From assembly GCA_963804165.1 (NCBI GenBank), contig CAWDPO010000043.1, positions 160,001 through 224,000 on the forward strand: a stretch of 64,000 nucleotides of DNA. Reading direction: 5' to 3'. The DNA is from an uncultured delta proteobacterium (GTDB lineage: Bacteria > Desulfobacterota > Binatia > UBA9968). The notes beneath the pieces are model-generated. The model saw nothing but the letters and a program-made list of their open reading frames with translations, was not told the origin of the DNA and did not search any database. This document shows, piece after piece, positions 12,615-23,158 of this stretch (the first letter of the stretch is position 1; each line of letters starts with the position of its first letter). The position numbers and the translations under genes were made by a program.

Positions 12615-13379
12615 CTAATCGTAACTTGGATCGTTCTTCTTAAGAACGGCGTCAACAAATCGATCGGCACCGGGAAGATCGTCGTCGAATTTTTTTCCGA
12701 CGCGATTTCGACCAAGACTCTGAAGAAATCGCAGTTGCAACGCCATCGGTTGTTTGCCGATGACTTCGGCCGCATCCGCGAGCTTTTGCGAAGCTTGGAA
12801 TTCGCCCTCGGCATGGATGACTTTGGCGCGCCGTTCGCGCTCCGCCTCAGCCTGTTTCGCCATGGCGCGCTGCATCTCCTGCGGCAGATCGATATGCTTG
12901 AGCTCTACCAGCACAACTTTGATTCCCCACGGATCGGTCTGCTGATCCAAGATTTCCTGAATCCGGCTGTTGATCTTTTCCCGCTCCGACAAGAGCTCGT
13001 CCAATTCGCCCTGGCCGCACACGCTGCGCAGGGTCACTTGCGCCAGCTGCGAAGTCGCGAAGAGATAATTCTCGACTTCGATGACCGCTTGTTGGGATCG
13101 AGAACGCTGAAAGTAAAGCACCGCATTGACCTTCACCGAAACGTTATCGCGCGTGATCACATCCTGCGGCGGGATGTCCATCGTCACCGTGCGCAAATCC
13201 ATTTTGACCATTTTTTCGATGCCCGGAATGACGTAAACCATACCCGGTCCGCGCGCGCCCACCATGCGGCCGAGGCGAAAGACCACGCCCCGCTCATATT
13301 CTTTGAGGATCTTGATGCCGCTGATCATCAGCGCGACCGCAATCACAAGAAATGTAATCGGTGCCCCGAATCCAAACAT
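12615..13379 (-). CDS. SPFH/band-7 (slipin, stomatin-like) membrane protein
   Basis: [47 protein letters not shown]; local indels near the C-terminus. Confidence 0.92.
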   Translation of the reverse strand: MFGFGAPITFLVIAVALMISGIKILKEYERGVVFRLGRMVGARGPGMVYVIPGIEKMVKMDLRTVTMDIPPQDVITRDNVSVKVNAVLYFQRSRSQQAVIEVENYLFATSQLAQVTLRSVCGQGELDELLSEREKINSRIQEILDQQTDPWGIKVVLVELKHIDLPQEMQRAMAKQAEAERERRAKVIHAEGEFQASQKLADAAEVIGKQPMALQLRFLQSLGRNRVGKKFDDDLPGADRFVDAVLKKNDPSYD

Positions 13380-13391
13380 GGCTGCCTCCTC

Positions 13392-14721
13392 CTAGATCTT
13401 GCCGATTCGCCCTCGGAACCCGCGTGACTTTAAGTCGCATTCCTTCGTAGCCGACGACCTCGACTTTTTCGCCCACGTCAATCAGCGCCGTCAGCCTCGG
13501 CATTCCAATATTCGCCGTGGACAAAAATCTCTGCCCGGTGGGCGCAAGTTTGCTGCGCGACTTCGCCGATCTCGCCGATCAGTCCTTCCATGCCCATCGT
13601 CGGCTTGGCTTTCTGTGATGCGAAATACCAGATAGCTGATCGCCAGCACGAATCGCTCCCACCGTGCGCCACCGCGGTGAAAATAATCGCGCGGTCGACG
13701 CCAAGATCGGCAGCTTTCCGTATCGAAAAGAAAGAGCGAACCGAGAGCAAGGAAATAATACCGCCGACGCCTAAAACCCCAAAGCTCGGAAAGAACGCTT
13801 CGACCGACCAGCAGCGCCAAGCCGAGAAGCACCAAAACGAGCCCGGTATAATTGATCGGCAGCAACTGAAACGAAGCTAACGCCAGCAACAGACAGATCG
13901 CCCCAGCGACGCCGGGAAAAATCACGCCGGGATGCGCAGAACTCCATGTACAAACCGAGCAGTCCCGCCATCATCAGCAGATAAGCGATATTCGGGTCGG
14001 CGATGGTATTGAGCACCTTTTGCTTCAGGCTCATGTCATGGCGCGTCAACTGCGAGCGTTTTTGACCGCCAGCACGTGCCTGGTTTGCCGTCGAGATCTA
14101 CTTTGCGGCCATCGGCCTGCTTGAGCAGATCGTCAATATCCTTTGGCGACGATGTCGATGACGTTTTTCTTGAGCGCTTCCTTCTCGGTGATCGCCACGC
14201 TCTTGCGCACCGCTTGGATCGCCCACTCGGCATTGCGGCCGCGTTTTTGCGCGATGCTCTCGCTGAACGAAGCGGTGAAGTTCTCGATCTTCTCGCCCAT
14301 CACGCCTTTGACTTCCTGGCCGCCACCGGCAACCGGATGGGCCGCGCCGATGTTGGTTCCCGGCGCCATCGCCGCGATGTGAGCCGCCAGCGTGATAAAC
14401 ACTCCCGCCGAGCCCGCGCCGGCGCCGCTTGGTCCGACCCAGACCATCACCGGCACCTCGGCGCCGAGCATTTCTTTGACGATCGTGCGCGTGGAATTGA
14501 GCAGCCCGCCCGGCGTGTCGAGCTGAATGACCAGAGCTCGCGCACCGTTGGACTTCGCGCGGGCGATGCTTTCGCGGATGAAATCATCCACTGCCGGATT
14601 GATGCTGCCGTCGATGGCGATCACGTCGACATGCGGCGCCGAGGCGTCCTTGCGACTGCGCCAAGACCGCAAGGCTCGCGGCCAGCAAAAAAGTAAAGCA
14701 AACGAGTTTAAGCGTTTTCAT
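13392..14721 (-). CDS. nfeD: NfeD family membrane-bound serine protease; frameshifted
   Basis: QLDTPGGL, AGSAGVFI, AAMAPGTNIGAAHPV, PNIAYLLM, C-terminal OB domain (VHGEYWNA, VEVVGYEGMRLKV); paired with SPFH. Confidence 0.9.
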
Positions 14722-15469
14722 CGCGCATCTCTTTGATGACTTTTTTGATATCTTCCCACACTAATTTTTTATCCGCCGGGTTGCGCAGCAGATAGGCCGG
14801 ATGAAATGTTGGCATGAGCTTGATGCCGTGATAGCTGTGCCAGTTGCCGCGCAGCTTGGTGATTGGCATTTTGCTTTGGAGCAGCGTCTGGACGGCGAAT
14901 TTCCCCAGGCCGACGATAATCTTGGGCCGGATCAAATCGATCTGTTTTTTGAGAAACGGCTCGCACGCCGCTACTTCGTCTGGCTCGGGATTGCGATTTT
15001 CCGGCGGGCGGCATTTAACGACGTTGGCAATATAAACATCTTCGCGCTTGAGTCCCATTCCCTTGGTAATGATGTCGGTCAGCAGCTGACCGGCGCGGCC
15101 AACAAACGGCTCGCCCTGCAGGTCTTCATCGCGCCCCGGCCCTTCGCCCACAAACATCAACGCGGCGTGCGGATTACCCACACCGAACACCAAGTTCGTC
15201 CGGCCCGAGCACAGCTTGCAACGCTGGCAATCACCGATGGCGGCGCGCAGCTCCTCGAGGCTTTGCGTCTGGAGCGCCGCCGATTTTTCGACAAATAAAT
15301 CGTCCACCGTGCCACCCAGCAGATTGTCTTTCCCGGTAAGACCCGGCTTCACTTCGAGCAGGTCTCCCCTCGCCAGCGTCCGAATTCCGACGCGCTGCCG
15401 CCGCTCCAAATGACGACGCAACGATGTCGCTAATGTTGCCAATTCTTCGCTGTCGCTATTTTCGGGCAC
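14708..15469 (-). CDS. Uracil-DNA glycosylase family 4 (Fe-S)
   Basis: CQRCKLC, VGEGPG, PFVGRAG, NVVKCRPP, TFHPAYLLR. Confidence 0.93.
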   Translation of the reverse strand: MPENSDSEELATLATSLRRHLERRQRVGIRTLARGDLLEVKPGLTGKDNLLGGTVDDLFVEKSAALQTQSLEELRAAIGDCQRCKLCSGRTNLVFGVGNPHAALMFVGEGPGRDEDLQGEPFVGRAGQLLTDIITKGMGLKREDVYIANVVKCRPPENRNPEPDEVAACEPFLKKQIDLIRPKIIVGLGKFAVQTLLQSKMPITKLRGNWHSYHGIKLMPTFHPAYLLRNPADKKLVWEDIKKVIKEMRDENA

Positions 15470-15559
15470 GTCGCGTCAATCCTGTCATCGGCGAATCTTA
15501 TCACCGGAGTATTGCTAGCCGCAATAACGCGAGACGTGGGAGAAGATTCACGGAAAACT

Positions 15560-16093
15560 TCAGAGCCGCCTCAACTGCGCCAGGTGCGCAGCGCGCAATT
15601 GAGCGAAGAATGCGAGCGATTCAGGCCACAGATAGTCCACATAGGTGTACTGCAAGCCATGAAAGGCGCCGTCGTGATAGAGTAATGTCGCCTCGCCGTA
15701 AATTCCCGAATGTAAGTAAATCCGCTGGCCGGCATTCTTGGTTGACGCAAGCACGACCTTGTAAGCGTCGAGGTAGCCGGGGTCCAGATTCACGCGCCTC
15801 CCGCCTGAGACCGGCTCCCGATATTGATTTTCGATTTTCTGCGTTTGCAGCTTGATGTCAGCGAGCCTTTCGGGTGATGCCAATAGAGAAAACGAAAGGA
15901 AGCGGCGCAACAACCCCGAGCCCATTTCCTGTTCGTAGAACTTCGACACAGTCCACGGCATCGCTTCGCTTCGGCCGTCGATCTCGCTCATCATTCGGGT
16001 GAGATCGTTTTCAACTTGAGTGAGAATTTCCCGAGTCGACGAGAGCAGCGCGACGAAATATTTCGCCGCCTTGGGCTCCCTGGGAGTGCCCAT
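15560..16093 (-). CDS. DUF4416 family protein
   Basis: YEQEMGSGL, RRVNLDPGYL, LASTKN, RIYLHSGIYGE. Confidence 0.8.
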   Translation of the reverse strand: MGTPREPKAAKYFVALLSSTREILTQVENDLTRMMSEIDGRSEAMPWTVSKFYEQEMGSGLLRRFLSFSLLASPERLADIKLQTQKIENQYREPVSGGRRVNLDPGYLDAYKVVLASTKNAGQRIYLHSGIYGEATLLYHDGAFHGLQYTYVDYLWPESLAFFAQLRAAHLAQLRRL

Positions 16094-17298
16094 CAGCGAC
16101 GGCTTTTCAAAGCGAGATAATGATCGAGGATACGATCGGCGAGATCGTCCTTGCTCATGAGCGGCAGCGAGCGAATCGCACCGGTGCGATCGACGATGGT
16201 CGCGATGTTGGTGTCTCCATCAAAGCCGCTTCCTTCCTCCGCGACGTCGTTGGCGACCACAATGTCGAGATTTTTCTCGCGCAGTTTTTTTTGCGCGTTG
16301 GCCGTTAAATCCTCGGTTTCGGCGGCAAAGCCCACAAGCCACTTGCCATCCTTGCTTTGTCCCAGCTCCTTGAGGATATCGGGGTTCGGTTCGAGGCGCA
16401 GCTCGACCGCGCCATGACCGCGCTTGATTTTTTTCTCGGTGGTCATGACAGGACGATAGTCAGAAACCGCAGCCGCCATGATCACGGCGGTACATTGCGG
16501 ATACTCCCTAAGAACGGCTTCGCGCATTTCGGCCGCCGTAGTCACGGCAACCACACGCGCACCTATAGGTGGCTCCAGTGCCGTCGGACCGCTGACCAGG
16601 GTCACATTTGCACCCCGGCGTATTGCCGCGCGCACCAACGCATAACCCATTTTTCCCGAAGAACGGTTGGAAATATAGCGCACCGGGTCGAGCGGCTCCC
16701 GATTGGGACCCGCGGTAATCAAAAGCTCTTCAGCGCTAAGATCTTTTTTCTTGAGCAACCGCTCGATCTCTTCGGCGATCTTTCCCGCATCAGGCAGGCG
16801 GCCTTTGCCCTCGTAACCGCAGGCCAGAAATCCTTCCGCCGGCTCCATAATGTGATAGCCGATCCGTCGAAGCTTCCGCAGGTTTTCCTGCAGAATCGGA
16901 TTATCGTACATGTGCACGTTCATCGCCGGCGCTATCAGTACCGGCGCCCGAGTCGCCATCAGCACAGTCGTCAATAAATCGTCGGCGATACCGTTAGCCA
17001 TCTTGCCAATCACATTGGCAGTAGCGGGGGCGATGACAAATAGATCCGCGGCATCGGCCAAATTGATATGCCCGATCTCGGATTCTTGGGTGAGACTGAA
17101 CGTTTCTGTGGCAACGGGATTGCCGGATAGTGTTTGAAACGTTAGGGGCGTGACAAATTCCATCGCGCCACGGGTCATAATCACTTGCACTTTGAACCCG
17201 GTTTGGACCAAGATTCTGACGAGTTCGACTGCTTTGTAGCAGGCGATTCCGCCGCTTACGCCTAGAACCAACACACGCTTTTTTTCGCCGCTGCTCAC
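16093..17298 (-). CDS. coaBC: Bifunctional phosphopantothenoylcysteine decarboxylase/phosphopantothenate-cysteine ligase
   Basis: GGIACYKA, APATAN, APAMN, LACGYEGKGR, DPVRYISNRSSGKMG, AAVSDY, VGFAAET. Confidence 0.97.
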   Translation of the reverse strand: MSSGEKKRVLVLGVSGGIACYKAVELVRILVQTGFKVQVIMTRGAMEFVTPLTFQTLSGNPVATETFSLTQESEIGHINLADAADLFVIAPATANVIGKMANGIADDLLTTVLMATRAPVLIAPAMNVHMYDNPILQENLRKLRRIGYHIMEPAEGFLACGYEGKGRLPDAGKIAEEIERLLKKKDLSAEELLITAGPNREPLDPVRYISNRSSGKMGYALVRAAIRRGANVTLVSGPTALEPPIGARVVAVTTAAEMREAVLREYPQCTAVIMAAAVSDYRPVMTTEKKIKRGHGAVELRLEPNPDILKELGQSKDGKWLVGFAAETEDLTANAQKKLREKNLDIVVANDVAEEGSGFDGDTNIATIVDRTGAIRSLPLMSKDDLADRILDHYLALKSRR

Positions 17299-17512
17299 CG
17301 TTCAAAAATAACCGATCTCGGATGGGGGTGCAAACTACCCTGCCGACAAACCCTGCGCGACAGGTAAGCGAGTCGATTTGCCGCGAATTTGTCACGAATG
17401 CGCCATTGTGTCATCGGGACCCTTCTCTTGAAAGTGATATCCTGTTGTCGCCTAACCAAGCAAGTTCCCTGATTTGCTAATCCTTTAGCGTCGACTCACC
17501 CAATCCAATCTG

Positions 17513-17527
17513 TGGCATGCTTTTGGC
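17513..17527 (+). promoter_or_regulatory. Possible sigma-54 (-24/-12) promoter upstream of mlaA
   Basis: TGGCATGCTTTTGGC has GG-N10-GC spacing; one mismatch in the -12 box. Confidence 0.3.
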
Positions 17528-17630
17528 TTCTACCGCAGTAAATTCCCGGTGATCAAATCCAAGCACGCATAGACTTGACCCTGATGGGGAGTTCGTATAA
17601 ATCACAACCAAGAAGGAGAAGGAAACGGTA

Positions 17631-18488
17631 ATGAACAGAGACGATGGAAAGTGGGTTCCGCGGTTCGTAACGGTAAGCGCACTGGTTATCGTGCTCGCCA
17701 CAGGATTAATGGCGACAAGCATGGTCAGTGCCGATGAGACCCCGGATGCCAACAATAGCTCGACTGTTTCCGACCAGCCGGAACAAATACTCGTGCTCAC
17801 TCAAGCGGATAGTCGGCAGGGTGTCGGTGCGACGACCATCAACGCGGCTGGAATGGCAGCCGCTGCTGCTGCCGGAGAAGACTTCGACGAGGATCCTTTT
17901 GAAGGCTTCAACGAAAAAATGTTTTGGTTCAATCGCGAAGTTCTCGATCGCTATCTTTTGAAGCCACTCGCCACGGGATGGGATTTTGTGTTGCCCGATC
18001 CCGTGCAGCGCGGTGTGCACAACTTTTTTGACAATCTCTCAGTAGTTCGACGCGTCGTTAACAACAGTTTGCAGCTGAAACTGACCGGCGCGGCCACCGA
18101 ACTCGCGCGTTTTGGTATCAACAGCACGATCGGGCTGGTGGGCTTCTTCGATGTCGCTAAGGATGCGTTCGGCATCGAGCAGAAAGACGAAGACACGGGA
18201 CAGACTTTTGGCGTCTGGGGGATGGGACCCGGTGCCTATCTGGTTTTGCCTTTTCTCCCGCCGCTAACGATCCGTGACGGCGTTGGTTACGCTTTCGACG
18301 CGGCCATGACTCCGTATACTTACTTCATCCCTTGGTGGGGCACCGTCGCGGGGACAGCGACCAATACCGTCAACGAGAGATCATTGAATCTGGATCGTTT
18401 CGAGCGGGTCGCCGAATCGACCGTCGACCTCTACGGTGCCGTGCGCAACGGCTACCTGCAGCGGCGCGCCGCTGCGATCAAACAGTGA
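17631..18488 (+). CDS. mlaA: MlaA/VacJ family phospholipid-transport protein
   Basis: DPFEGFNEKMFWFN, RFGINSTIGLVGFFDVA, EDTGQTFGVWG, YLVLPFLPP; strong RBS. Confidence 0.9.
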   Translation: MNRDDGKWVPRFVTVSALVIVLATGLMATSMVSADETPDANNSSTVSDQPEQILVLTQADSRQGVGATTINAAGMAAAAAAGEDFDEDPFEGFNEKMFWFNREVLDRYLLKPLATGWDFVLPDPVQRGVHNFFDNLSVVRRVVNNSLQLKLTGAATELARFGINSTIGLVGFFDVAKDAFGIEQKDEDTGQTFGVWGMGPGAYLVLPFLPPLTIRDGVGYAFDAAMTPYTYFIPWWGTVAGTATNTVNERSLNLDRFERVAESTVDLYGAVRNGYLQRRAAAIKQ

Positions 18489-18522
18489 TCAGCAGGTAAA
18501 TTTAACCTTCGCTTTTTCCATG

Positions 18523-18561
18523 CAACGCGGAAGATTGGCCATGTGCCGACCTTCCGCGTTG
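18523..18561 (+). terminator. Stem-loop after mlaA (possible terminator)
   Basis: CAACGCGGAAG...CTTCCGCGTTG 11-bp arms; weak U-tract. Confidence 0.5.
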
Positions 18562-18621
18562 TCACTCACGGCTATCAAAGACTTTTGAATTCCACACACG
18601 TCAATTTAGCATGATTCGCTA

Positions 18622-18650
18622 TTGACAATAGTGAAGTCGTTCATTATGAA
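18622..18650 (+). promoter_or_regulatory. Sigma-70-type promoter
   Basis: TTGACA-17 nt-TATGAA upstream of the ATG at 18716. Confidence 0.6.
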
Positions 18651-18715
18651 ATAAACCGTCTACAGACGATCAACACTCGCAACGGAACCCATTGAGGAAG
18701 CATCAAAAGACCAAA

Positions 18716-19075
18716 ATGCCACGGGGAAAGAAGAAAATCGCCGGCCGCGCCGCTAAAGACCGGACTCATGACTATATCGACGACGGCACGCACGATGAGT
18801 CGGAAGACGAAGACCTTCCAAGTGACGAAGCCGGGCGCCGCAAGATAAAAAAGAATTACGAAGAACTTCTCGGAATTCGCATCGAAAAGCTCAGAGGCCG
18901 CGTGCTTAACCGGGAGAAGATCAACAAGAGCATTGACGGTCTGTACTTCATCTGCTTCGAGTGCAAAAAAATCTGCCACAATCTCGACGAAGGTTGGATG
19001 GAAGAAACCGGCACGCTCAATAACTTTTGCGGCAGCTGCGCCAAAGCAAAGGGCATCCGAAGCAGCGCGGCCTAA
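18716..19075 (+). CDS. Small C4 zinc-finger protein, divergent DksA/TraR-like
   Basis: Acidic patch (DLPSDEA), basic helix, then IDGLYFICFEC-x21-CGSC. Confidence 0.55.
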   Translation: MPRGKKKIAGRAAKDRTHDYIDDGTHDESEDEDLPSDEAGRRKIKKNYEELLGIRIEKLRGRVLNREKINKSIDGLYFICFECKKICHNLDEGWMEETGTLNNFCGSCAKAKGIRSSAA

Positions 19076-20040
19076 AGCTGAATCCCAACGACCCGCAAGA
19101 CTTCCCGCAATTCATCGGACAATGCCGTCTCGACCGTGACCGTACGGACATCTTCCGGATGGCGAAAAGCCAATCGGTAAGCATGCAAGAAGTGGCGCTG
19201 CAAACCGAGAGTATTCGAATGCTGCGCGCCATAAAGCGCGTCGGCGACGATCGGATGGCCGATGGCAGCCAAATGGACGCGGATCTGGTGCGTCACGCCG
19301 GTAATCATATTGATTTCGAGCAAGCTGAGTCGCCGTGAGTGTCCAATTCTCCGATATCCCGTCACTGCCTGCCAACTTCGCTGATTTTTTTCTCTTTCTG
19401 ATTCAGCGATCGCGCACATCCGACGCCGATCGCGCGCGTCGTGCGCCAGCGGCAATTCGATCCTGCCCTCCGGGTCGGTTATGCCCCAAACCAGCGCCCA
19501 ATAAATTTTTGTAACATCTCTGCGGCGAAACTGCCGGCGCAGCATTGCGAAGGCAGTTTGCGTCTTCGCGATGAGGACAAGGCCCGAGGTCTCATTATCG
19601 AGTCGATGCACGATACCCGGCTCCCAGCGATTCTTTCCCACCACGAGTAGCTCGGCATGCCGTGACGCGATGAAGTTTGCCAACGTATCGGTGTCGCGGC
19701 CGGAGAAACCATGGGTCGGCATACCGGCAGGCTTATCGACGACCAAAACCGACGAATCTTCGTAAACCACCGGAACGTCAAGGCCCGAATTAGGCGGCGG
19801 ATTCGTGGCTATTAAAGCTTCAGGTCCGTTGAAAACCAGCTTATCACCGGCGCCCAACCGGTCGCCTTTTTTGCTCACGCCGCCGTTGACTGAAAATAGT
19901 CCCTCGCGGATTGCGCGGCCAATTTCCCGGCGCGAAAGATGCGGCAAGCATCCACGGACGAAGGCGTCAAGACGAATCGGCGCGTGCTCCGCGAGTACTG
20001 TCCAAGACGTTGTAATCATCGCTGTCGCTTGATCCGTCAT
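19072..20040 (-). CDS. RluA/RluD family pseudouridine synthase
   Basis: S4-like RLDAFV, VVDKPAGM, PGIVHRLDNETSG, TGVTHQIRVH, HPIVAD. Confidence 0.92.
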   Translation of the reverse strand: MTDQATAMITTSWTVLAEHAPIRLDAFVRGCLPHLSRREIGRAIREGLFSVNGGVSKKGDRLGAGDKLVFNGPEALIATNPPPNSGLDVPVVYEDSSVLVVDKPAGMPTHGFSGRDTDTLANFIASRHAELLVVGKNRWEPGIVHRLDNETSGLVLIAKTQTAFAMLRRQFRRRDVTKIYWALVWGITDPEGRIELPLAHDARDRRRMCAIAESEREKNQRSWQAVTGYRRIGHSRRLSLLEINMITGVTHQIRVHLAAIGHPIVADALYGAQHSNTLGLQRHFLHAYRLAFRHPEDVRTVTVETALSDELREVLRVVGIQL

Positions 20041-20088
20041 ACCTACTACCGTACTATACCTCGCGATCTCATCAACAAGGACAAACGC

Positions 20089-21201
20089 ATGACAAACAAT
20101 TCTTTTAGCGTGATTATCGCCGGCGGCAAAGGGACGCGCTTTTGGCCGTTGAGCCGCGCCGGGCGCCCTAAGCAACTGCTTAAAATCCTGAGTCGAAAGA
20201 GCCTGATCGACGAAACTGCCGAGCGTGTCTATGCCCTCGGCGGTCGAAAGCAGACTCTCGTCGTCACCATCGCCGATCAGGTCGCCGCGCTGCGACGGGA
20301 ATTGCGAGATCTGCCGAAAAACAATTTTATTGCTGAGCCCGTGGGCAAAAACACTGCGCCCTGCATCGGCTTAGCGGCTCTGGAAATAATTCGCCGCGAT
20401 CCTGAGGCCGCGATGATTGTTCTACCCGCGGATCATTGGGTCGCCGATGGCGCGGCGTTTCGACGCACGCTCAAAGCAGCGGCGGCGCTGGCGTTTCGAT
20501 ACCAGCAATTGGTAACCATCGGTATTCGTCCGGGCTACCCGGAAACAGGTTACGGCTACATTATGAAGGACAAAGCGGTAGCGGAACAGTCGCGAGCTTC
20601 GGCCTTTTTTGTGAAACGATTTACCGAAAAGCCGACGTTGGCCGCAGCGCGAAGATTAATCCGCCAGCGCGCGTTGTGGAACAGCGGCATCTTTGTCTGG
20701 AAAGCTTCTACGATCTTGCAACTGCTAGCCCGCTATCAGCCAGCAATTTACCGCGGCCTTAAGGCAATTGAGCGCGCCGCGGAGGGAAACTCGCTGGCGA
20801 ATCCAAATTCAAAATTACGTGCGGTCATCGTGCAGGAATATAAAAAGATGCCGAACCTGTCGATCGACTATGCCGTCCTGGAGAAGGCCGGTTCCGAAGG
20901 CAAAGTCTTGACTCTCGAAGCGGATTTCGGCTGGAGCGACGTCGGCAGTTGGGCGGCGGTACATCGCATGAGACCAAAGGACGCGGACGGCAATGCCAGC
21001 CAAGGTCGATGGCTTGGGCTCGGCGCGAAGAACTGTCTGATTCACGCGCCGGATCGCTTGGTCGTCCTGTTGGGCGTCGAGAATGCCGTCGTCGTCGATA
21101 CGCCTGACGTTTTGCTGGTCGGCGATCTAAATCGCTCGCAGGAAGTGCGCGAGTTGGTCGACGCATTGAATCGCCAAGGCCTCAGTTCGTACACGACCTA
21201 G
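20089..21201 (+). CDS. manC: Mannose-1-phosphate guanylyltransferase
   Basis: AGGKGTRFWPLSR, EPVGKNTAPC, LPADH, PETGYGYI, FTEKP, WNSGIF, SIDYAVLEK, WSDVGSW. Confidence 0.92.
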   Translation: MTNNSFSVIIAGGKGTRFWPLSRAGRPKQLLKILSRKSLIDETAERVYALGGRKQTLVVTIADQVAALRRELRDLPKNNFIAEPVGKNTAPCIGLAALEIIRRDPEAAMIVLPADHWVADGAAFRRTLKAAAALAFRYQQLVTIGIRPGYPETGYGYIMKDKAVAEQSRASAFFVKRFTEKPTLAAARRLIRQRALWNSGIFVWKASTILQLLARYQPAIYRGLKAIERAAEGNSLANPNSKLRAVIVQEYKKMPNLSIDYAVLEKAGSEGKVLTLEADFGWSDVGSWAAVHRMRPKDADGNASQGRWLGLGAKNCLIHAPDRLVVLLGVENAVVVDTPDVLLVGDLNRSQEVRELVDALNRQGLSSYTT

Positions 21202-21233
21202 CCGTTGCGGTCGACATCTGCTCGTCAATCACG

Positions 21234-22055
21234 GTGAATAAACAATACCCCAAGGGACCTTTTCAATCCGACGAGGCCGTTGTTTTGCTCGATCGCAAGG
21301 ACCGTGAGTATCTCGCGCGCCTGGACCAGCGCCGCGCCATCGCCATCCGCGGCGGTAAGATCGCCGTTGACAACATCATCGGCCGCGATGAAGGGAGCGT
21401 CGTCCGCTCATCGATGAATGAGCCGTTCCTAGTTTTCCGCCCGAGTTTGCCGCAGCTGATTCCCAACCTGCCGCGCAGTGCACAAGTGATTTATCCTAAA
21501 GACATCGGGCCTATTTTGCTTTGGGCAGATCTCTTTCCGGGTGCGCGCGTGATTGAAGCCGGCGTCGGCGCCGGCGCGCTAAGCATGGCCCTCTTGCGCG
21601 CGATCGGCGAGAGCGGTGAGTTGATTTCCTACGAAATTCGCGAGGACTTTGCCGAGCTGGCACAAAAAAATGTGGCGCGTTACTTCGGTCCGGCACCTAA
21701 CTGGACAGTAAAGCTCGGCGACGTCGCTACCGAACTCGCTGAAAAAGACGTTGACAGAATAATTCTCGATTTGCCCGAACCCTGGCCCGTGATCGAGCCG
21801 GCATGGACTGCTCTGAGACCGGGCGGCTTCCTACTTTGCTATCTGCCGACGGTCTTGCAAGTGAAGAGTCTGGTTGACGCGCTGCGCGCAGATAAGCGCT
21901 TCGCATGCATCGAAACGTCGGAAACCCTGATGCGCTATTGGCACTTCAAAGGCATGAGCGCCCGCCCGCAGCATCGCATGGTCGCCCACACCGGCTTTCT
22001 CACTTCAGCACGCCGCCTGGCGGACGGCGAAAAAGACATTCCCCGAGCGCCCTGA
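21234..22055 (+). CDS. trmI: tRNA (adenine58-N1)-methyltransferase
   Basis: PRSAQVIYPKD, IEAGVGAGALS, SYEIREDF, ILDLPEPW, RPQHRMVAHTGFL. Confidence 0.9.
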   Translation: MNKQYPKGPFQSDEAVVLLDRKDREYLARLDQRRAIAIRGGKIAVDNIIGRDEGSVVRSSMNEPFLVFRPSLPQLIPNLPRSAQVIYPKDIGPILLWADLFPGARVIEAGVGAGALSMALLRAIGESGELISYEIREDFAELAQKNVARYFGPAPNWTVKLGDVATELAEKDVDRIILDLPEPWPVIEPAWTALRPGGFLLCYLPTVLQVKSLVDALRADKRFACIETSETLMRYWHFKGMSARPQHRMVAHTGFLTSARRLADGEKDIPRAP

Positions 22056-22063
22056 TCCGTCCA

Positions 22064-22116
22064 CGTTTCGCGTCTCGCGTTCCGGGTTTCCGAATCCGAG
22101 TTAACTCGGAACTCGT
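22064..22116. repeat. Degenerate heptamer array in inverted arrangement
   Basis: cgtttcg cgtctcg cgttccg ggtttcc ... aactcgg aactcgt, between convergent genes. Confidence 0.6.
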
Positions 22117-22121
22117 ATTTC

Positions 22122-22988
22122 CTACTGATAGCCTTTTTGCAGCCACCACTCGGCGATTTCGATGCGGCGGGCGAACCACACTTTGGGAAAGCCCTTAGCG
22201 TATTGGATGAATTCGTCGATGATCTTGGTGCGAAACGGCACACCCGAGACAAACGGGTGCATGTTGAAAGCGAAGTATTTTGGCGCACCCCGTTCCCCCT
22301 CCCAGTAGAGATAGTCAAACTGGTCTTTCATGATCTGCAACAGATCTCTTGGCGTTCGTCCGGTGCCGTACGTTGAGTAGTCGTTGCATCCCGGCACATT
22401 GTAAGGAACGACGACCACTTTGCGACCTTGAGCCTCGACAATGTAAGGATTATCGCTGTTGAGAGGATCCGCCCACCAGACGAAGCCGGCCTCAGCCACC
22501 AGCTCCAGAGTGTTCGGCGTCGAAGCGTGTCCCGGTGACAAATACCCCGTCGGTTTTTGCCCCAGAACTTTTTCAAATGCCGCCACTGTTTTCTGAATCG
22601 ACTCCCGCTCCTGTTCCTTGGTGTACATGAACGAGTACTCGTGCTCGTAGCTTTCCGAAGAAAATTCATGCCCCTTGGCTTTAAATTCTTTGCACATGTC
22701 GGCGAACTGTTCCACCTTCAAACCGTTCATCAAAAACGTCACTTTGAGATTATGACGATCGAAGAGATCGCTGATTCTCCAGATGCCGACGCGGTCGCCG
22801 TATTCTCGTTCGGTGACAAGCGCCATATTTTGCTTAAACGGCGCCTTCGGCGGCGGAATCGTGGCGCCGCCCTGGCGCTGCAGAGATTCGTGGCTGCCAA
22901 AGTTCTCCGGCCACACTTCCCACGGCACAATGAAAGTCACACAGATTTTGGCCTTATCCGGCCATTCTATCGCTGCTGGTCTGCCCAT
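22122..22988 (-). CDS. Polysaccharide deacetylase family protein (PuuE/allantoinase-like)
   Basis: EYGDRVGIWRI, PTGYLSPG, QFDYLYWEG, NMHPFVSGVPFR; ATG at 22988 with a GGAG RBS. Confidence 0.82.
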   Translation of the reverse strand: MGRPAAIEWPDKAKICVTFIVPWEVWPENFGSHESLQRQGGATIPPPKAPFKQNMALVTEREYGDRVGIWRISDLFDRHNLKVTFLMNGLKVEQFADMCKEFKAKGHEFSSESYEHEYSFMYTKEQERESIQKTVAAFEKVLGQKPTGYLSPGHASTPNTLELVAEAGFVWWADPLNSDNPYIVEAQGRKVVVVPYNVPGCNDYSTYGTGRTPRDLLQIMKDQFDYLYWEGERGAPKYFAFNMHPFVSGVPFRTKIIDEFIQYAKGFPKVWFARRIEIAEWWLQKGYQ

Positions 22989-23158
22989 ACTTGCTCCTTC
23001 GATCAGGGATTTTTTACTGCGATGAACGCAAAGTTCACAACAGACCAAACATATATGGCAGCCACCTTGGCTCGTCAAGCGGAACACACGCGGTTGGGTT
23101 TGCAATTAACTTGACATCCAACTCAGGTGCATCTAAATCTTGAGCGCTGCAGGGTCCG

